Shown here in pieces: positions 56,681 to 64,000 of a stretch of DNA of 64,000 nucleotides (positions are counted from its first letter, which is position 1; each line of letters opens with the position of its first letter). The notes below the pieces were generated by a model that was given only the letters and a program-made list of their open reading frames with translations, ran no database searches and was not told the DNA's origin. Both the position numbers and the translations under genes were made by a program. Where the stretch lies: NCBI RefSeq assembly GCF_009914755.1, contig NC_060936.1; one strand, written 5' to 3'. Source of the DNA: the human T2T-CHM13v2.0 reference genome, Homo sapiens.

Positions 56681-56742
56681 GTATTAGTGATAGAACAGAA
56701 AAATGAAGATGGAACATGGCCAAGGGGTCCTTCTACTCCTAA
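56681..56742 (+). CDS. USP15: USP15 coding exon (probably exon 6), end of UBL and linker
   Basis: Acceptor atatttgcag|GTA. Reads VLVIEQKNEDGTWPRGPSTP plus AA. Donor TAA|gtaagt. 62 nt. Confidence 0.96.
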
Positions 56743-57656
56743 GTAAGTGCTCCCACTTCTTATGGCTTATTGTATGATTTTGAAGCCCTTGATGCTAGAT
56801 AATCAAATCCACAATGATAGAAGAACCTAGATGTGTATTGCAGAAATTCATGCCTTGTTTATATTTGAGTATTTTGTTCTTAGTATACAAGCTATCTAAA
56901 TTTGCTCTTAATTAATATGTTACTATTTTAAAAGCCTCCAATTCAAATATCTTAAGGCATAGTATAAATGTATGGTATAAATGAGAAAGTTGCGTTGTCT
57001 GATACAGTCAAATCATTAAACATTTGTTTAATTTCTTGAAGCTTTTTCGTGGTTTTTAAAAGTATCTTAAAATATTTCTTTATCAAAATGAATCTGATGT
57101 GAAAGTAATATATTTATTCAAATGAAAAGTTTTAGAATAAAAAAGAACAAATAGAGGTAGAGGAGTATATGAGGTATTTTTGAGGGTAAATGAAAGAAGA
57201 ATTAGGAATCTTTTTATCTGTTTTAGAACTAATAGATCTACACTCCATTATCAAAACACAAGGCCAGTTGTGTTTAAATATACAGACTTCTCAAAGCTCT
57301 AAGAAGTAATATGGTACATGTCCCTCCATTACTGTAATGTTTCTGTTTCTGCAAAAGGACACTTTATAATCAAACACATTAATATTTTTTCAGCAAATAT
57401 TCACACTAAGTGGGATAAATAAGGACTATAAATAGCATTATATCAGTTCAGGTTAGGTTGCCACCAAATGAACTGTGAAAAAATTTTTAAGTTTTTGGAG
57501 CTTTGGAATTTCACATGTTCTGATAAGGGATTGTGAACATATATTTTGAAATTCTTAAAATAATGATATTTTTAAAAAACTAATAACAATTTAGTACATT
57601 TTAACCAAGTGAATAAAAAAATCTGCTACTTTATTTGATTTAAAACTACAATGCCC

Positions 57657-57997
<341 letters not shown>

Positions 57998-59067
57998 CTA
58001 TCCTTTTTTATCTTACATGAAATTTTTTTTTTCCCATTTAAAAATATCATGAGAAGGCACCTAAATATGTTAATTACATGGAGGTGATTTTTATTCTTAC
58101 CCTACTTAGTTGGATGCAGTACAAGGGTAGAACTTAGTATAAAAGTAGAACTTTTAAGAAGATGTTAATATTAAAAGCATGTGGGTTGAATTATGGAGAT
58201 TTCATAACTGATGAAGGTTTAGATAGGAATATTTTTTGTGAACATTTACTTTTAGTCTTCAAAGCAGAACCACTGTTGTTTCCTAAATGTTTAGATTGCT
58301 ATGTACTTGCTATATCTTTAAGTTATTTTTGAAATTACAAAATTGTTTGTGGATTAATATTAAAAAAAACCCATGAGTTCTAAAGATTGAGAAATCTTTT
58401 CTACTTAAAATGACTGATTTTTGCCCAAAAGATGACTAATTTTATATTTTCTTTTATTCCCTAATAGCACAATATCATTTTTATTTATTCCAACAACTTT
58501 AGTACTTGGCTTTGTGTGAAAGAAAACAGAATTCCCTATGTAATACCCAACACACCATACTCATGCAATAAATATTGGTGAATACAGGTGCTGTACTAGA
58601 GATGACAAAAGTACAATTAAGAGTCCTATTTTTCACTGGATCTACTAGTTGAATAAGGATGCCATATACTAAAGCATAGAAAAGTTAAATATCCATTCCC
58701 TATAAAATCTAAGAAATACTATGCAGTAATATGTCATAAATTGCCAAATAATAATTTACTGTAATACAGAAAAAGATCTGCACCTATGTATGAAAAGATT
58801 CTCAGAAAACTAAGAATAAAGGGAAATTCTAACTTGATACATCCTGTGCACCTCAAGTCTATAGCAAAAGTTACATTTCATTGAGAAATTTTGAGCACAA
58901 TTTAAGTAAGAGGAGAAGATAAGAAAGAAGAAATAAAGTTCACTATTCGTATATGATATAGTCATTTGTATAAAATCCAAAACAGCAAACTACTAGAACT
59001 GAGAAAATTCAGCAAGGTTGTCTAATATAAGATTAATTTATAAAAAGCAGTTGTTTTTTCTATACCG

Positions 59068-59267
59068 AGAGATCAGCAATCTTTTTTAAATGTTTTCAGC
59101 TTTGTGGGCCATATGGTCTCTGTCATAACTATAACTGCTGATGTAGTATGAAAGCAGCCTTAGACATCATGTCAAGACATGGCAATGCCTGTGTTCCAAT
59201 AAAGCTTTCTTTGTAAGTAGATGGCAAGCTTGGATTTGGCCTGTGAGCCATAAATTTCTAACCCCTG
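59068..59267 (+). mobile_element. MER58 (hAT-Charlie) within old L1 fragments (about 58640-60900)
   Basis: ctttgtgggccatatggtctctgtc...gtgttccaataaagc...ggatttggcctgtgagcca...acccctg. Confidence 0.82.
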
Positions 59268-59920
59268 CCATTTATCATGAGAAACCCACTTAGAAAATAG
59301 TCTAACAAAAATTAACTTAATTAAAAACGCATAAAACCTTCATGGGAAAAAAAAAATCTAAGTTTATTAGAAAATAAAAGATTGTTATGTGATATATGGC
59401 TTAACCTAGTAATGCCTGTTTTCTTTAAAGCACATCAGTGTCTCCTGTTCAAAATTTTTTTTTTCCTAGAAACTTGACAAATTCATTTTAAAGTTAGCAT
59501 AGACCAATACAGGTCCAGAATTAGCTGAGTCAGTTTTGACAGAAAGAGGAAGGAAGGAACACTAGACCTACAAGGTAAATGAGAGTTACTGTAAAATTAT
59601 ACTAATAAAAACAACATAATGCTAGCAAAAGAAAGGCAAATAGATTGGTATAAACTAGTAATCTCAGAAAGATTCATGTATATTTGACAACTTGGTATAT
59701 GATGTGGCACAACTAGGTAGTGAGGTTGCTTAAAGAAGATGATTATTTAGATTTAGTAGGAGTACTGGCTATTTGGAAAAAAAAGCTAGATCCCTACTTT
59801 CAACTTTATATGCAAAGGCTAACTCTTGAAGGATTAAAGACCTAAATAAGAAATATAACACTTATATTTAATGAATTCACTTATATTTAGTGAATATTCA
59901 CTTATATTTAGTGAATAGTA

Positions 59921-60198
<278 letters not shown>

Positions 60199-61110
60199 GT
60201 GAATAGTAGAAATTTTGGAGAATAACTACATCATAGGGATCATAGAACATAATGTTCAAATTTAGTAGATCTGATTACATCAGAATTAAAGATTTCTGTT
60301 AAAAGAACTATACACAGAGTTAAAAGTCAGATGTCAGCTTTGGAACTTTTAAAACCTAAAGGGAATAATACCTGTAATATATTAACTCCTAAAAGTTAAC
60401 AGAAACAAAGAACAATAGCTTTTAAAAAAATAGGTAAAAGATACTAACAGACAATTTAAATAAAGGGTAGCTAAGTGCTAACAGGTAGATGAGAAGATAG
60501 ACAAACTCACTAGTAATCAGAAAAAAATGAAAGTAAATGAGATACAATTTTTCACCCATCAAAATGACAAATATTTAAAAGTTTTCTGATGCCAAGTATT
60601 GGGTATGGTGTAGATATCTGTGTACTTACGATGTGAGTGTAAACTAATATTGTCATTCTGTAAACCAGTCAATAATTAAATCAGAAGTGTTTAATCCCTC
60701 TGACCCAGCACTCAGAGGAATTTTTAAACAGATCTTTGAGGATATAATCTTTGTAGCTGCATAGTTTGTAGTAGTGGGGATTTGGAGATAGCCTAGCTAA
60801 ATATCCATCACTGGTAAATAGAGCAAATAAGAAAAATGAAATGGGAGTAACAATGGTGAGATCTTTAAAACTAGATGAAACTTTAAAACATACAGTTGAG
60901 AGAAAGAAACAATGAGATTCATAAATATTTAAGAAAATAGAAAAAGCACAGTAGAAGGAAATCGGAGTAGAGATAATAGGAGGAAAGAGGAAACAAGTTT
61001 GAGGAAATATCACTTGCTAAATTTATTTATATTATATTTCTATAGATGAAGCAAGGATGATACAGATTCTTTTTTCTGGATGAAGCCTGGCTTGAAAAAA
61101 AAACAAATGG

Positions 61111-61407
61111 GGCTGGGCACGGTGGCTCATGCCTGTAATCCTAGCACTTTGGGAGGCCGAGGCAGGCAGATCATTTGAGGTCAGGATTTCAAAACCAGCC
61201 TGATCAACATGGTGAAACCCCATCTCTACTAAAAATACAAAAATTAGGCATGGTAGCAGGCGCCTGTAACCCCAGCTATTCAGGAGGCTGAGGCAAGGAG
61301 AATTGCTTGAACCCAGGAGGCAGAGGTTGCAGTGAGTCAAGATCACACCACTACACCCCAGCCTGGGTGATAGAGTGAGACTCCATCTCAAAAAAAAAAA
61401 AAAAAAA
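61111..61407 (+). mobile_element. Alu (S-like)
   Basis: Full dimer plus poly-A tail. Confidence 0.96.
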
Positions 61408-61443
61408 TAGAATGCCTCTGTGTTCATTGAAAAGCACATTTTA

Positions 61444-61757
61444 GGCTGAGCAAGGTGGCTCACACCTGTAATCCTAGCATTTTGGGAGGCCAGAATAGGA
61501 GGATCACTTGAGCCCAGGAGTTCAAGACGACTCTGTGCAACATAACAAGACCCCGTCTCTACAAAAAAAAAAAAAACAAAAATTAGCCAGTTATGGTGGC
61601 ATGCACCTGTAGTCTCAGCTACTCCAGAAGCTGGGGTGGGAAGATTGCATGAGCCCAGGAGTTCAAGGCTGCAAAGAGCTGTGATCACACAACTGCACTC
61701 TAGCCTGTGCAAAAGAGTGAGACCCTGTCTCCAAAAAGGAAAAAAAAAAAAAAAACA
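61444..61757 (+). mobile_element. Alu (J-like)
   Basis: ggatcacttgagcccaggagttcaag. TSD approximately gaaaagca. Confidence 0.95.
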
Positions 61758-62069
61758 GAAAAGCATGTTATAAGCACATGATGTTAGCTTAGGCAAATTT
61801 AACTCCAGCACAGAACACGTAATTTTAAGTCCTTAGGAAGGACTTCAAGATATTAAGATACAGAACAGTTTATACTCCTCAAAATTGTCACATTTGCCAG
61901 AAGACAACCCCTGGCCTTCAAGATGGCATGAAAATGCTAGTTCTGATATATATCACTAACCTGGAATTTGTCCATAATGTTGCATAGCACATAACCAGTT
62001 CCTAGCTAGGGTGTCAAACACCAAAGAAAGATAATTAAAGCTGTAATATGGTGATAGAAAGAAGAATCA

Positions 62070-62198
62070 CTGGTAGAATTTATTAAAACAGTTTCCTGGG
62101 CCCCATCCTCAGAATTTCTTATTATGTCTGGGTGTGGCTCATTTCTAATAAGCTTGCAGGTCACACCAATGCTGTTGGTCTAAGGATGACACTCAGAA
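62070..62198 (+). mobile_element. MER5A-like fragment
   Basis: cctgggccccatcctcagaatttct...tctgggtgtgg...catttctaataagc...aatgctgttggtc. Confidence 0.6.
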
Positions 62199-62688
62199 AT
62201 TTTGTAGGTGATGTTTATTGACATTTACTAGGTGAACCACATAGTGGCATCCAGGGTTCCCACCCCAGACCAGCAAAATATAAATATAGTTAGCCAAGGA
62301 ATTTGCATTTTAAGTACTTCATATGAACAAGAAAATAGAAGAATATTACCACAAGTAGGCACACGTGAAACCACATGTTAGTATTTTGTCTGTTCTATAC
62401 TGCTGAAAATAGAGGAACCTACTTAGTGCTCTGATGTCCTATTGTATTGGCCCCATTTTGATTAGTTTTGAAACTGTGTCTTCAGCTGAAGCATAAATTT
62501 TTGGGCTCCTTGAGAAGAAATGCTAAATATTCAAAAAATGTTAAGGGTAAAATTTAATTTAAAACATGTAGTCATTTAGTTACAAAAAAAATATGTGTAT
62601 ATGCTTTTAATCAGCACCTAAAACAACTCAAAGTCTGTATTAGAGATCTAAGAACCTACCCAAAAAATACTCACTCAAAAGTCTTCTG

Positions 62689-62989
<301 letters not shown>

Positions 62990-64000
62990 GTTTTCTAACT
63001 GAATTTTTCTACTAGATATCAACAAAGAATTTGAAATTTTTATTTTTATGTTCATGCTGCATTTTTAACACTACTTGTTTTATCAGGATTTGCATTTCTT
63101 ATCTAGTTTTTAAGTTTGATTTCTTAAACAGCCTCTTAAAAACATGATCTTTTCTAATGATACCTTAGAAAAAGTTTTCCCCCCTAGTTTTAAAAATTCT
63201 GTAAAATTTCATTTCTTTTTTTTTAAGGATGTTAGCATTGGGTGGATAATCTAGTTGTTCTATTGCAGACGTGTAGCTAGTAAAATCTTGGATTTCTAAA
63301 AAATGATTTTACAGTGGAGTCATTATAGAAACCTGGGGGTTCCTAAAGAGAAAATTTGATTTAAATTTATTCATTTTCATTGATTAGTCAAAAAGTATTG
63401 TCAAAAGATATGTGCTTAAGTATTTGGTGGAAAAAAAATAAGAGTCATTGATGATTTTGAAGAGGTGATTTTTCTTGGACTGGAAAACATCCAGAGAAAA
63501 ATGTACTATCGTCCAGAATAGGACATGAGTGGCAGAAAGAAAAATCAAATGGAAAACCATGCTAATAGCTCTTACTCATACACTGTCCCTCTGCCATTTG
63601 TGGTGTTCTGATTAAGGGAATTCCAAATTGATGACTGAAACACTATAAACTTAATTTCATGACACAATAGTATTTTCACAGCACTGTCTTCTTGAGTGCT
63701 CTGCTTGGAGAGAGGAAGAACTTTATAAATAAAACCATTGCATACTACTTTTTTGGTTGAGACAGATAGTAAGCACTTAGGTGATTCTGCAATATTCTGT
63801 TTTTATTTTTTTTACACTATCTTAAACGTCTTTAGAAATTTTTAGAGAGTATTCAATCCCTGTTTGCATTTATAACTGCAAAGCAGCTAAATGGATTTGG
63901 AAATGATGCATAGACTCATTTGGTTAAAAATTATTAAAATACATGTTGGCTGTAGCCATTCTTTATTCCTTGTCATTCAGCCAGTTCATACATTTCAGTA

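Noticed and set aside
61032-61811. Longest ORF in the track (259 aa, - strand)
   Set aside because: Antisense read-through of two tandem Alus giving typical Alu-derived peptide. No sign of a real gene.

Overview
AT-rich, CpG-poor primate genomic DNA (Alu-rich, so human or a close ape) from inside USP15, the ubiquitin-specific protease 15 gene, on the + strand. Five short coding exons (25004-25131, 33614-33744, 45609-45735, 52283-52428, 56681-56742; by recall exons 2-6) splice in frame through GT-AG sites. They encode the DUSP-UBL N-terminal module, [14 protein letters not shown]...GTWPRGPSTP. The promoter, first exon and catalytic exons lie outside the window. The rest is intron packed with nested transposons: about 16 Alus, a near full-length antisense L1, other L1/L2/MIR pieces, Tigger, MER30 and MER58 DNA transposons, solo MaLR LTRs and a two-LTR MLT1 provirus. 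I cannot demonstrate a new biological system. The best leads are: (1) a 24-nt in-frame microexon candidate (GGSILGMK) just before the DUSP-UBL beta-hairpin, with stop-containing candidates nearby; (2) candidate terminal exons after exon 6 that would give DUSP-UBL-only proteins; (3) the five exons total 594 nt with matching end phases, so a circle of them would have no stop; (4) a ~145-bp local sequence copied into the middle of an old Alu; (5) an inverted pair of same-family LTRs; (6) an internal inversion in a MER44 element. Repeat subfamily names come from recalled consensus motifs and repeat boundaries are approximate.
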